Assembly (NCBI GenBank): GCA_964016885.1 | Contig: OZ024740.1 | Location: 434,062,001 to 434,126,000, forward strand | Origin: Eledone cirrhosa | Taxonomy: Eukaryota | Direction: 5' to 3' | Length of the DNA: 64,000 nucleotides | Shown here: positions 24,004 to 37,044 of the stretch, in pieces | Numbering within the stretch: the stretch's first letter is position 1 | Layout: the number at the start of each line of letters is the position of its first letter | Translations under genes and position numbers: made by a program | The notes under the pieces: model-generated | The model's database searches: none | Told to the model about the DNA's origin: nothing | Seen by the model: the letters and a program-made list of their open reading frames with translations, nothing else

Positions 24004-24869
24004 GTATATGCTTATATATGTATATATATATCTATATATATCACACATTGAAGTTGCCTGCCAAAAACTGGGGGTTACTTCCCTTGTTGGAAATAACACA
24101 TGACAGTGAAACACTGAAGGCTGGCAACGATAACAGTTCAGTGTTACATTCCACACCGGCTTGAGTCATAGAACGAAATTTCCTGTGGATGACATGAATC
24201 CACTGTTCAATCATGGAATACCACAGTCTTACATATTATGTAAGTTGGATGGATGATTTCGGATTCATAGAAACCTATCGTTTGATATGTCCAGGTCAGT
24301 TGTCTAACCTGATTAGTTTTTTTGTTGTTTTTGGTATTGTGTGGCTAGCTCTACCTGCCGCAATTTTCAATTTGTCAAGCTATCTAAACGTATGTTATTA
24401 CTCTAAGGCCTGCACCCTTATTGAGTGCTTTGCTGCTCATTCCTAATTGTAGGTCGTTAGCTTGGCCACAGCCAAAGCTACGATTTTACTAAGCTTCCAC
24501 TTGTATATATATATTGTGTGTGTGTGTGTGTGTGTGTTGCTTCTCTTCTATATGTGTATATATATATTGTGTGTATGCCCCCAACTGCTCTGTTTCAGGA
24601 TAAAAGCAAAGAAACAGACATGGTTGTCCGGGCACACTCACTGAACATATGGAATATATATGTTGTTTCAAATAATATATTTATGGAGAATTGCCATTAT
24701 TCTTTACCAAGAAATTGTCCAATGACTGAATCATCCCTTGCCAAGCAATGCTGGGTATTCTTGGTTTTGGTGAAATAGATTAAACTTGAAGATAGTCTTT
24801 AATATAATCCGCCACCTCTACACACATCATTTTATTTCTAAAGTTAGGAATCTAGTGAAGTTGCACAGC

Positions 24870-25055
24870 TTAATCTTTAGATCGTTGGGCTTGCAATCAT
24901 GAGGTTGTGAGTTTGATTCCTTGATCGGGTGATGCATTGTGTCCTTGAGCAAGACACTTTATTTTGTGTTGCTTCAGTTTACTCAGCTGTAGAAATAAGT
25001 TACTAATCACTGGTGCCAAGTTGTATCAGCCATTGTCTTTCTCTTGGACAACATT
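24870..25055 (+). mobile_element. tRNA-derived SINE family B (5' part; continues at ~26007-26160)
   Basis: Degenerate B-box GAGTTTGATTCC followed by GTGTCCTTGAGCAAGACACTTTATTT, shared with 37481-37590 and 38240-38357. Confidence 0.7.
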
Positions 25056-25108
25056 ATATATATAGTGTATAATATATAATATACAGAGTGTATGTAAAAT
25101 ATATATAT

Positions 25109-25915
25109 CATCATCATCATCATCATCACCGTTTTACGTCCGTTCTTCCACGCTAGCATGGGTTAGACGGGTTGTCCTGTTGTGGGCAGTGTCTGGTCGG
25201 CTGACCATGCCTTGCTCATACAGGAACTGATCTGGCTTGATTTCTACAGCTGGATGCCCTTCCTAACACCAACCTCATTTACAGTGAGTGCTGGGTGCTT
25301 TTTCGTGGCGCCTACACGTCCACTTTACAGTGTGGGCTGGGTGCTTTTTTGCCGTGGCACCTCCACGACCACCTTGCGGTGGGGGGGGGGGGGGGCATAT
25401 TGTTTATATGCTTCAGCATGTACCCATGGGAGGTCGGGTACCCTGTATTACTGCGTGACGCCAGAAGTCACGGTCGTGTGTCATTGACTTTGAGAGGTGT
25501 AGTTGGGTAAGGTCGGCTTTTATCACCTCATCCCAAGTCATCTTGGGTCTCCCCACTCCGCGGTTTCCATCAACTTCTAGTGCTCTGCACCTTTTTATGC
25601 AGCTGTCATCCTTCATACGCATCACATGTCCATACCAGCGTAACCGCCTCTCCTGCACGCAGCATTTGATTCCTCTTATGCTCAGTCTCTCTCTCAATTC
25701 ATTTATGCTTTGTCGTTCACGTATATTACTGTTACACATCCATCGGAGCATGCAGGCTTCGTTTCTCTCTAATCTACGTAAGTCTTCCACCTTCAGCGCC
25801 CAGGTCTCACTACCATGCAACATCGCTGTTCGGATACACGCATCATACAGTCTGCCTTTCATTCTGAGGGAGAAGCCTTTTGCAGCTAGCAGTGGTAGTA
25901 GTTCCCTAAACTTCT
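25109..25915 (-). mobile_element. RTE LINE 3' fragment (long-UTR subfamily, sister of 40033-43250)
   Basis: KFRELLPLLAAKGFSLRMKGRLYDACIRTAMLHGSETWAL...RRLRWYGHVMRM...GRPKMTW; UTR motif GGTGTTAGGAAGGGCATCCAGCTGTAGAAA and (GAT)n tail. Confidence 0.93.
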
Positions 25916-26598
25916 TATATATATATATATAAGTTCTATATATATATAAACTTATATATATATATATAAGTTCTATATATATATAAACTTCTATATATAT
26001 ATATATATAAGTTACTACATCACTGGTACCAAGCTGTATCAGCCATTGTCTTTCTCTTGGACAACATTGGTGGTGCGGTGAGGGGAGACTGGTATGTATG
26101 GGGTGACAACTCGTCTGTGCCTTCCTAGGGGCAAATCCCATGGTAATTCATGACCAAAGGGTCTCTTTTTTAATGAATTTAACTTGACTGTGAATAGTAA
26201 TAATAGGGTAAATGTGCAATAGAATGAACAAATAACCAATTATTAGGTTGTCAACACTGCAACAATATTCAGAACAGATCTGTGGATTAGTGATCATTAT
26301 TTCACTGACTTAATGAGTTATTATGTTAAGAGGCTAAGGTCAGATCCTCTCATGTGGTCTAGAATACTACAATGTGATACCGAACAAGTCTATTGCTATT
26401 TTTTTAAAAATCATTTTAATAGCTTCTAACTTTGGTACTAATACACACATTTTAGAAGGTTGTATTTAATTGAATTAACCCTCAGTATTTAACTGGTGCA
26501 TATTTTGTCAACCTTAGAAAGATATAAGGCAATTTAATGAGATTTAAAATTAGAACATAAAAAGATAAGTACTGTCATAGAGCTGTTTTAATGTTTAA

Positions 26599-26848
26599 CC
26601 CTTTAGTATTTACCCTACTCTATATTTACAATGATATTTTCGCGGTAAAGGCTTTACTCTATATTTACTATAGTATTTTCAAGGTAACGGCTTTATCTTA
26701 CATAAATATCTCACATAATATGAAATTTATGAGACTTTGAAATTATTTATTTTGAGAACAATGCCTTAACATCAGTATGAGTGGCTGGTTACAGTCGGTT
26801 TGAACAGGAAGAGGTGAGAGAATTCTGGCTGGTTTAAATGCTAAAGAG
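26599..26848. mobile_element. Possible degenerate piggyBac-type MITE
   Basis: TTAA-CCCTTTAGTATTTA at left and TAAATGCTAAAGAG at right (12/14 inverted match); the right TTAA is not preserved. Confidence 0.45.
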
Positions 26849-27289
26849 AATGTGATGCTGTCATAGTGTTTATAATGTTCAACACTTCAATGTTTAATGT
26901 GATGCTACCATAATGCTGTTAATACTTTTCAAGAATACTTTGCTAATTCAGTTAAGATAATTTAGTTTTTGATAATAGACCACAGATGTTCTGGGGAGAA
27001 TGAGATAGTGAGACATTCATGTTTTCCTTCTTAAAAGCCTTAGTAATGCTAAAGAAGAGGATTAACTTTAATGAAATAGTTCCCATATCTTGCTGGGAAG
27101 TTTTCTATTGTTCTATAGCAATAAACATGATAATGTCCTTTACTGGCCACAAAACAAATGTTAGACCTACTAAAGTTGGCAGTTGTTCTGGTCAGATCTA
27201 GGCTGATAATGGAGGGATTCCAGATGGAGATAAGAATATTTCCTTGTTTCTTAATCGTTTCTTAAGAGTCTGATACCCTAATTTCATGC

Positions 27290-30200
27290 AGACCATGTTG
27301 TTGTTGTTGTTGCTGTTGTTGTTGTGGTGGTGGTGGTAGGTTCTTTACCAGCCCAGACCATGTTGTTGTGGTGGTGGTGGTAGGTTCTTTACCAGCCCAG
27401 ACCATGTAATGGTGGTGGTGGTGGTAGGTTCTTTACCAGCCCAGACCATGTTGTGGTGGTGGTGGTAGGTTCTTTACCAGCCCAGACCATGTTGTGGTGG
27501 TGGTGGTAGGTTCTTTACCAGCCCAGACCATGTGGTGGTGGTGGTGGTGGTAGGTTCTTTACCAGCCCAGACCATGTGGTGGTGGTGGTGGTGGTGGTAG
27601 GTTCTTTACCAGCCCAGACCATGTGGTGGTGGTGGTGGTAGGTTCTTTACCAGCCCAGACCATGTGGTGGTGGTGGTGGTAGGTTCTTTACCAGCCCAGA
27701 CCATGTGGTGGTGGTGGTAGGTTCTTTACCAGCCCAGACCATGTAGTGGTGGTGGTAGGTTCTTTACCAGCCCAGACCATGTGGTGGTGGTGGTGGTGGT
27801 GGTGGTAGGTTCTTTACCAGCCCAGACCATGTAATGGTGGTGGTGGTGGTAGGTTCTTTACCAGCCCAGACCATGTTGTGGTGGTGGTAGGTTCTTTACC
27901 AGCCCAGACCATGTTGTGGTGGTGGTGGTAGGTTCTTTACCAGCCCAGACCATGTTGTGGTGGTGGTGGTAGGTTCTTTACCAGCCCAGACCATGTTGTG
28001 GTGGTGGTAGGTTCTTTACCAGACCATGTGGTGGTGGTGGTAGGTTCTTTACCAGCCCAGACCATGTGGTGGTGGTGGTGGTGGTAGGTTCTTTACCAGC
28101 CCAGACCATGTTGTGGTGGTGGTGGTGGTGGTAGGTTCTTTACCAGCCCAGACCATGTTGTGGTGGTGGTGGTAGGTTCTTTACCAGCCCAGACCATGTG
28201 GTGGTGGTGGTGGTGGTAGGTTCTTTACCAGCCCAGACCATGTGGTGGTGGTGGTAGGTTCTTTACCAGCCCAGACCATGTAGTGGTGGTGGTGGTGGTA
28301 GGTTCTTTACCAGCCCAGACCATGTAGTGGTGGTGGTGGTGGTAGGTTCTTTACCAGCCCAGACCATGTGGTGGTGGTGGTAGGTTCTTTACCAGCCCAG
28401 ACCATGTAGTGGTGGTGGTGGTGGTAGGTTCTTTACCAGCCCAGACCATGTTGTTGTGGTGGTGGTGGTGGTAGGTTCTTTACCAGCCCAGACCATGTTG
28501 TTGTGGTGGTGGTAGGTTCTTTACCAGCCCAGACCATGTTGTTGTGGTGGTGGTGGTGGTAGGTTCTTTACCAGACCATGTGGTGGTGGTGGTGGTGGTA
28601 GGTTCTTTACCAGCCCAGACCATGTGGTGGTGGTGGTAGGTTCTTTACCAGCCCAGACCATGTGGTGGTGGTGGTAGGTTCTTTACCAGCCCAGACCATG
28701 TGCTGGTGGTGGTGGTGGTAGGTTCTTTACCAGCCCAGACCATGTTGTGGTGGTGGTGGTGGTAGGTTCTTTACCAGCCCAGACCATGTGGTGGTGGTGG
28801 TAGGTTCTTTACCAGCCCAGACCATGTGGTGGTGGTGGTAGGTTCTTTACCAGCCCAGACCATGTGGTGGTGGTGGTGGTGGTAGGTTCTTTACCAGCCC
28901 AGACCATGTTGTTGTGGTGGTGGTAGGTTCTTTACCAGACCATGTGGTGGTGGTGGTGGTGGTAGGTTCTTTACCAGCCCAGACCATGTTGTTGTGGTGG
29001 TGGTGGTGGTAGGTTCTTTACCAGACCATGTGGTGGTGGTGGTAGGTTCTTTACCAGCCCAGACCATGTGGTGGTGGTGGTAGGTTCTTTACCAGCCCAG
29101 ACCATGTGGTGGTGGTGGTGGTAGGTTCTTTACCAGCCCAGACCATGTAGTGGTGGTGGTAGGTTCTTTACCAGCCCAGACCATGTGGTGGTGGTGGTAG
29201 GTTCTTTACCAGCCCAGACCATGTAGTGGTGGTGGTGGTGGTGGTAGGTTCTTTACCAGCCCAGACCATGTTGTTGTGGTGGTGGTGGTAGGTTCTTTAC
29301 CAGCCCAGACCATGTAGTAGTGGTGGTGGTGGTGGTAGGTTCTTTACCAGCCCAGACCATGTAGTGGTGGTGGTGGTGGTAGGTTCTTTACCAGCCCAGA
29401 CCATATAGTGGTGGTGGTAGGTTCTTTACCAGCCCAGACCATGTTGTTGTGGTGGTGGTGGTGGTAGGTTCTTTACCAGCCCAGACCATGTTGTTGTGGT
29501 GGTGGTGGTGGTAGGTTCTTTACCAGCCCAGACCATGTGGTGGTGGTGGTAGGTTCTTTACCAGCCCAGACCATGTAGTGGTGGTGGTGGTGGTAGGTTC
29601 TTTACCAGCCCAGACCATGTTGTTGTGGTGGTGGTGGTGGTAGGTTCTTTACCAGCCCAGACCATGTTGTTGTGGTGGTGGTAGGTTCTTTACCAGCCCA
29701 GACCATGTTGTTGTGGTGGTGGTGGTGGTAGGTTCTTTACCAGACCATGTGGTGGTGGTGGTGGTGGTAGGTTCTTTACCAGCCCAGACCATGTGGTGGT
29801 GGTGGTAGGTTCTTTACCAGCCCAGACCATGTGGTGGTGGTGGTAGGTTCTTTACCAGCCCAGACCATGTGGTGGTGGTGGTGGTGGTAGGTTCTTTACC
29901 AGCCCAGACCATGTTGTTGTGGTGGTGGTGGTAGGTTCCTTACCAGCCCAGACCATGTGGTGGTGGTGGTAGGTTCTTTACCAGCCCAGACCATGTGGTG
30001 GTGGTGGTAGGTTCTTTACCAGCCCAGACCATGTGGTGGTGGTGGTGGTGGTAGGTTCTTTACCAGCCCAGACCATGTTGTTGTGGTGGTGGTAGGTTCT
30101 TTACCAGACCATGTGGTGGTGGTGGTGGTGGTAGGTTCTTTACCAGCCCAGACCATGTTGTTGTGGTGGTGGTGGTGGTAGGTTCTTTACCAGCCCAGAC

Positions 30201-31913
30201 CATGTGGTGGTGGTGGTAGGTTCTTTACCAGCCCAGACCATGTGGTGGTGGTGGTAGGTTCTTTACCAGCCCAGACCATGTGGTGGTGGTGGTGGTAGGT
30301 TCTTTACCAGCCCAGACCATGTAGTGGTGGTGGTAGGTTCTTTACCAGCCCAGACCATGTGGTGGTGGTGGTAGGTTCTTTACCAGCCCAGACCATGTAG
30401 TGGTGGTGGTGGTGGTGGTAGGTTCTTTACCAGCCCAGACCATGTTGTTGTGGTGGTGGTGGTAGGTTCTTTACCAGCCCAGACCATGTAGTAGTGGTGG
30501 TGGTGGTGGTAGGTTCTTTACCAGCCCAGACCATGTAGTGGTGGTGGTGGTGGTAGGTTCTTTACCAGCCCAGACCATATAGTGGTGGTGGTAGGTTCTT
30601 TACCAGCCCAGACCATGTTGTTGTGGTGGTGGTGGTGGTAGGTTTACCAGCCCAGACCATGTAGTAGTGGTGGTAGGTTCTTTACCAGCCCAGACCATGT
30701 AGTGGTGGTGGTAGGTTCTTTACCAGCCCAGACCATGTAGTGGTGGTGGTGGTAGGTTCTTTACCAGCCCAGACCATGTGGTGGTGGTGGTGGTGGTAGG
30801 TTCTTTACCAGCCCAGACCATGTTGTGGTGGTGGTAGGTTCTTTACCAGCCCAGACCATGTGGTGGTGGTGGTAGGTTCTTTACCAGCCCAGACCATGTT
30901 GTGGTGGTGGTGGTGGTAGGTTCTTTACCAGCCCAGACCATGTTGTGGTGGTGGTGGTGGTAGGTTCTTTACCAGCCCAGACCATGTGGTGGTGGTGGTG
31001 GTGGTGGTAGGTTCTTTACCAGCCCAGACCATGTTGTGGTGGTGGTGGTGGTAGGTTCTTTACCAGCCCAGACCATGTGGTGGTGGTGGTAGGTTCTTTA
31101 CCAGCCCAGACCATGTGGTGGTGGTGGTGGTGGTGGTAGGTTCTTTACCAGCCCAGACCATGTTGTTGTGGTGGTGGTAGGTTCTTTACCAGCCCATGTA
31201 GTGGTGGTGGTGGTGGTGGTGGTAGGTTCTTTACCAGCCCAGACCATGTGGTGGTGGTGGTGGTGGTAGGTTCTTTACCAGCCCAGACCATGTGGTGGTG
31301 GTGGTGGTAGGTTCTTTACCAGCCCAGACCATGTTGTGGTGGTGGTAGGTTCTTTACCAGCCCAGACCATGTGGTGGTGGTGGTAGGTTCTTTACCAGCC
31401 CAGACCATGTGGTGGTGGTGGTGGTGGTAGGTTCTTTACCAGCCCAGACCATGTTGTGGTGGTGATAGGTTCTTTACCAGCCCAGACCATGTAGTGGTGG
31501 TGGTGGTGGTAGGTTCTTTACCAGCCCAGACCATGTTGTGGTGGTGGTGGTAGGTTCTTTACCAGCCCAGACCATGTTGTGGTGGTGGTGGTAGGTTCTT
31601 TACCAGCCCAGACCATGTTGTGGTGGTGGTAGGTTCTTTACCAGCCCAGACCATGTTGTGGTGGTGGTAGGTTCTTTACCAGCCCAGACCATGTTGTGGT
31701 GGTGGTGGTAGGTTCTTTACCAGCCCAGACCATGTTGTGGTGTTGGTAGGTTCTTTACCAGCCCAGACCATGTTGTGGTGGTGGTGGTAGGTTCTTTACC
31801 AGCCCAGACCATGTTGTGGTGGTAGGTTCTTTACCAGCCCAGACCATGTTGTGGTGGTGGTAGGTTCTTTACCAGCCCAGACCATGTTGTGGTGGTAGGT
31901 TCTTTACCAGCAG
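27290..31913. repeat. Compound minisatellite: constant AGGTTCTTTACCAGCCCAGACCAT plus variable (GTG)n tract
   Basis: Directly visible; unit length varies in 3-bp steps with occasional 5-bp CCCAG deletions. Confidence 0.98.
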
Positions 31914-32018
31914 ATCCAAGTGAAACCAGCCCAGAAAAGGACACAAGGAAGGCATCAAAGTTCTATACACTTTCAGAGGTGTCTACTACTAACATTAAAA
32001 CCTGCTTCTAGTTTATAT

Positions 32019-32204
32019 ATAATTGTTTCTACTATTGGCACAAGGCCAGAAATTACCCAATACATTACTGGTACTTTATTTTATCAACCCCATAAGGATG
32101 AAAGGCAAAGTTAATCTCGGCGGGATTTGAACTCAGACCGTAAAGGGCCGTAACTCTTTGCTGCAAAGCATGGTGTTCGGCTCTCTACCGATACTGCCAA
32201 TCCA
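32019..32204 (-). mobile_element. tRNA-derived SINE family A, near full length
   Basis: High similarity to 22529-22713 including A/B boxes. Confidence 0.9.
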
Positions 32205-32585
32205 ATCATCATTGAAGTCCATTTTCCTGTGCTGTCATGGGTTTGATTGGTGTTTTCCAGCACAATGTCTTGTCACATGTTGTTGTCCATCTTTGTCCCC
32301 ATTATGAGGTCAACATTCTGAATTAAGACTTCACCACTCTTTCCACTTTTTTATTATTTCTATATTGAAAATAAATATTTGGTATACATTTTCAAAATAG
32401 TTGAAAACATGTATGTATACATCTATATATACACATATACACACACTCCCAGATCAATATATTGGGTGAGTGTAAAAGACCAAAGGTCATTATTGAAAGT
32501 CTCTGGATGTGTATATTTCACTTTATATGTTTTATTGGAGAAGGTAAGAACGGTCATTTGCAAACTCTACTCTAAATATCAGAAT

Positions 32586-33060
32586 CATCATCATCATCAT
32601 TTTATGTCCACTTTTCCCTCCTTGCAAGGGTGGGACGGGTCCTATTCAGCACAGCATCTCTCCACTTGTCACGGTCCTTTGTCATCTCGTCTGTGAGCTT
32701 CAGCGATCTGAGGTCTGCTCTCACCACCTCCGCCCATGTGTTTTGTGGTCTTCCTCTACTGTGTCTTCCTTCTACTGGCATTTCCTGGCACTTCTTCACC
32801 CATCAGTCATCCTCCATGGGCATCAAAGGTCCATACCATCGCAGTCTTCTCTCTCGCACACCACAACTTATCCCTCTTAAACACAGCTTCTCTCTCAACA
32901 TATCCATGGTCAGTCGCTCACATACATTGACATTGCACATCCAACAGAGCATACTTGCTTCATTTCTCTCCAGCCATCGCATATCCTCTGCAGTTGCTGC
33001 CCATGTCTCACTACCATGCAGCACCACGCTCCTCACACCGGCATCATATAACTGGCCTTT
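32586..33060 (-). mobile_element. RTE LINE 3' fragment (short-UTR subfamily as 23637-24003)
   Basis: KGQLYDAGVRSVVLHGSETWAATAEDMRWLERNEASML...GRPQNTW; (GAT)n tail at 32586-32600. Confidence 0.92.
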
Positions 33061-33284
33061 ATAAATTATAAATGAGATCTTCAAGAGAAAGAAAATGAAA
33101 GATAATACGAAAAGAGCACCAGAAGTAATAAAGTCTGCAACTGTGAAAGTGTCTGTGAGTCTGGAAAGTAGAATCTCTGTTAATGAAGACTGGTTCCTCA
33201 TTCTAATTAAAGAAACATCTGGAGAGAATTAGTAATTCATGGAATGCAGGAGGAGTGTATCTAAAGACACTGTAGTCATTGGGT

Positions 33285-33481
33285 TACCACTACTACTACT
33301 ACTACTACTACCACCATCACTACTACTACTACCACCATCACTACTACTACTACCACCACCACCATCACTACTACTACTACCACCACCACCATCACTACTA
33401 CTGCTGTTGCTGCTACTACTACTACTACCACCATCACTATTACTACTACTACTACCACCACCACCACTACTACTACTACCT

Positions 33482-33517
<36 letters not shown>

Positions 33518-33705
33518 TCACTACTACTACTACCACCACCACCATCACTACTACTGCTGTTGCTGCTGCTACTACTACTACCACCATCACTATTACTACT
33601 ACTACTACTATTACTACTACTACCACTACTATTACTACCACCACCACCACCACCACTACTACTACTACTACCACCATCACTACTACTACTATTACTGCTA
33701 TTACA
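33285..33705. repeat. Mosaic (CTA)n/(CCA)n trinucleotide array
   Basis: Directly visible; internal duplication marked by CTGCTGTTGCTG at ~33400 and ~33555. Confidence 0.95.
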
Positions 33706-33715
33706 CTTTTGATGA

Positions 33716-33772
33716 AGAACCCATGCAAGCGTGGAAGATGGACGTTAAACGATGATGATGATGATGATGATA
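33716..33772 (+). mobile_element. Extremely truncated RTE 3' end with (GAT)n tail
   Basis: AACCCATGCAAGCGTGGAAGATGGACGTTAAACGATGATGAT matches 43195-43250. Confidence 0.8.
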
Positions 33773-34500
33773 TAAGTGGCAATGAAGTTTAGCTTCATTT
33801 CTCAATTCAGCAATTCTTTCCTGAGACATTCTAACCACATGTCCATAGTATTGGGGCTGTGATCTCTGAGAAGTAGTGGCTCTACCTGGAGAAGTAACCT
33901 AGAGGTAGTTGTTATATTGATGTGAAATTAGTTTAACAACCCTTGCTATCAGTAATTAGTAATGATACAAACTAATTTTATAAACTGGTTTCACTTTCCA
34001 GTTGAAGTACTTCCTGTTTATATACACTCAGTGAAATCAGAGACAACTAATAAAATCTAAGTAAATCTATTCCATGTCACCACCATAATTGAAACTTAAG
34101 GGTCAGTCTGTTTCCTGGTGGTCCCAACTAACGGGATGGAGAAGAGGACGGCAAGGGAACTGCGCTGGAATAGTCATGCCTCCTCATAGGTAAGCTCCAT
34201 GTCAGTCATATTTGATAATTTTCATTCCCGCAACATTTTCATGAGAAATATTCCAAGAAAGGAAACGGTTGTTTTAATCTCAACCTCTTGCCTCTCTAGA
34301 TGAACTAACATAATTCTATTGCCTTAAAACAACCAGGGATTTTATTGTAGTTTATAACATTTGTCAAGGTTGATAAAGTACCAGTAACACATTGGGGTTG
34401 ATTTAATCAACTTTCCCCTCCCCCCCCCCAAATCGTAGACCTTGTACCTAAATCAACTATTTTATAACATCTGTCTCTTTACAACCAAATCTTATAGGTT

Positions 34501-34755
34501 TCTACTACTACTGCTACTGTTACTACTACTACTGCTACTGTTACTACTACTACTACTACTACTGTCACTACTACTACTACTGTCACTACTACTGCTACTG
34601 TTACTACTACTACTACTACTACTATTACTGTTACTACTACTATTACTACTATTACTACTACTACTACTGTCACTATTACTGTTACTACTACTACTACTAC
34701 TACTATTACTACTACTTCTACTACTACTGTTGCCACTACTGCTGCTACTACTACA
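34501..34755. repeat. (CTA)n imperfect microsatellite
   Basis: Directly visible. Confidence 0.95.
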
Positions 34756-34979
34756 ATGTATTGGTAGGTTCATTGACACCTCTCACTTGCACCATTTCTT
34801 TTTATATTCAAACAAAGGTTGTTTAGAAAAGCTGCCATATAAAATGTGAGGAGTAGCTTCCATCTGTGTGAAAGACACAATCTCTCTCTAGGCCTGGTAA
34901 TCTACTTAGAGCGGGGTGTTGTATGTCAGAGAAATGTAGGCTCTCAGAGGTCAGTCTTGCTTGAGTATTGGCTTCACCA

Positions 34980-35990
34980 CTGAAGACCTGTCCATCCCTT
35001 GTTAAGTAGGGAAAACAGACGTTAAATGGTTATGGTGATGATTGTGATGAAGGTGGTGATGATGATGGTGGTGGTGATGGTGATGGTGATGTGATGATGG
35101 TGATGGTGGTGGTGATATAAAAGTTGTTTCTTTATTTCTAAATCTCAGTAGATAGGAGAGGTAGACAGGGAAAGATGGGATCTAGTGAAGACTGACTATA
35201 CAAAGAGGAATCTCACAATAGAGATGACAAAGGACCACAAGGATTTATGACATATGGTACTGGAGAAGACTTACCTTCCAGCATATAACCTGACCTACCT
35301 ATGTCCCACCTTTACTATTACTCCATAGCAACCAACTCCCGGTTTCCAATTTTTATTCTTAACACACCAGTCATAACTTCTCTAATCACTACAGTACTTC
35401 CTCTTCTCCCCCTTCCTTCCCATCACACTTGTCATACGCCCATGGCATACATTCTCACCCCCTTATCTCTCCCACCACCCTTTAGAATCTTACCACACTC
35501 TATCCCCCCCCCCCCCCCCCACCACCACCACCACCAGATATTCTGTTGAGTCTGCAACTCACAACTTTGCTAGTGCAATGATAAAATACACCCAGTGCAC
35601 TCTGTAAAGTTGTTTGTGTTGGAAAGGGATTCCAGTTATAGAAACTCTGCCAAAATGGTTGAAAGGACCCTTCCGTAATGATAGGACTTTTAGTGCTGGT
35701 AAAACTCCACTCAGAACATTCTATAAAGTGATTGGTAATAGTACATCTAGCTGTAGAAATTATGCCAGAGAAAGTGTTGAGAGTTTACTTCAGTTGTGCA
35801 GTGGTGTAGCAACCTCCCTAGTCATGGTGCCACAAGATGCACTTGATACACTCTGTATAGGATCATAGAGGAAGCAAGATGTGGTTCCTGGCTGGTCAGA
35901 GAGGTCAGTGGCTCCAATTCTGGATTGATGTGGTCTCTGATCCATTCAACTCTTACTAGCAAGGGAAATTGATGTTAAATGATGATGATG
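34980..35990 (+). mobile_element. Old degenerate RTE 3' fragments (two termini, ~35025 and ~35980)
   Basis: AAGACCTGTCCATCCCTTG...GACGTTAAATG plus GAT/GGT tail; degenerate C-terminal coding remnants at 35150-35270; UTR motifs; ...GATGTTAAATGATGATG at 35970-35990. Confidence 0.6.
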
Positions 35991-36351
35991 GTTATATATG
36001 AGGATACATTGAAATGTCATCTCAAACTTTATATTTGCTGACAAATACAAGTCTCCAATTCTCTTCAGGCTGAAATGGTTAAAAACAGGAAATGCATTCA
36101 GAAAAACAAATATCATTGCTCTAACAAACACTTTACATTAAAACTTATAATAGCTTGAAAATGTTGATATACTTCCTTTCTTCCAAGAAGAGAAAGAGTA
36201 ACTTTATTACAAAAGAGTTCTAATTTTTTTTCCTTTTCTTTCTTCCTCCAATGTATTCTTGACCAGTTTATGCTATCACCATTGAAGTATACAATGAGGC
36301 TCCTGGTACATTTGTTGCTTATTGCAGATGTTTTGTTTTAACTATAATAAT

Positions 36352-36740
36352 TGTTTCTACTTTTGGCACAAGGCCAGCAATTACCCAGTGCATTACTGGT
36401 ACTTTATTTTATCGACCCCGTAAGGATGAAAGGCAAAGTTAACTTTAGTGGGATTTGAACTCAGAATGGAAAGGGCCGTAAATCTATGCGTCAAAGCATG
36501 GCGTCCGACCCTCTACTGATGCTGCCTATCAACCGCCATTTAACTATACTAATGCTTTCTGATTTAGACACAGGGCCAACAATTTTTTGTCAATTAAATC
36601 AACCTCAGTGTGTTACTGGTACTTTATTTTATTGACCTCATAAGGATGAAAGGCAAAGCTAACTTCAGCAGGATTTGAACTCAGAACGTAAAGGGCCATA
36701 AAGCATATTGTCCGACACTCTAGCAATTCTGCCAATCCAA
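36352..36740 (-). mobile_element. Two tandem SINE family A copies (36352-36538, ~36554-36740)
   Basis: Two successive cores TACTGGTACTTTATTTT...AAGGATGAAAGGCAAAG...GGATTTGAACTCAG; the first copy is flanked by TTTAACTATA(A/C)TAAT at 36337-36351 and 36539-36553. Confidence 0.88.
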
Positions 36741-36779
36741 ATATTGATATATGAGAAAGACCCTGTATAAGTGAGAGAA

Positions 36780-36931
36780 ATGTTAGTGTAGTATTTAGTG
36801 ATGTTGATATAGAAAGGTCTAGTATGTTAGTGTAGTATTTAGTGATGTTGATATAGAAATGTGTAGTATGTTAGTATTTAGTGATGTTGATATAGAAATA
36901 TTTTGTATGTTAGTGTAGTATTTAGTGATGT
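36780..36931. repeat. Short ~40-45-bp tandem repeat (TGTTAGTGTAGTATTTAGTGATGTTGATATAGAAA), ~3.5 copies
   Basis: Directly visible. Confidence 0.85.
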
Positions 36932-37044
36932 TCTGAGTTCATATTCCCTTGAGGATGACTTCGATTTTTGTCCTTCGAAGGTAAGAAAAATATATCAATT
37001 CCATTGAAACATTTGATTTTAAATAACGGGCATGTCCTTCAACT

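Noticed and set aside
27290-31913. CRISPR-like constant repeat with variable spacers
   Set aside because: Spacers are only (GGT)n length variants, there are no cas genes, and the context is eukaryotic.
33239-34849. Poly-Leu/Val/Tyr/Ser ORFs
   Set aside because: Trinucleotide microsatellite translations.
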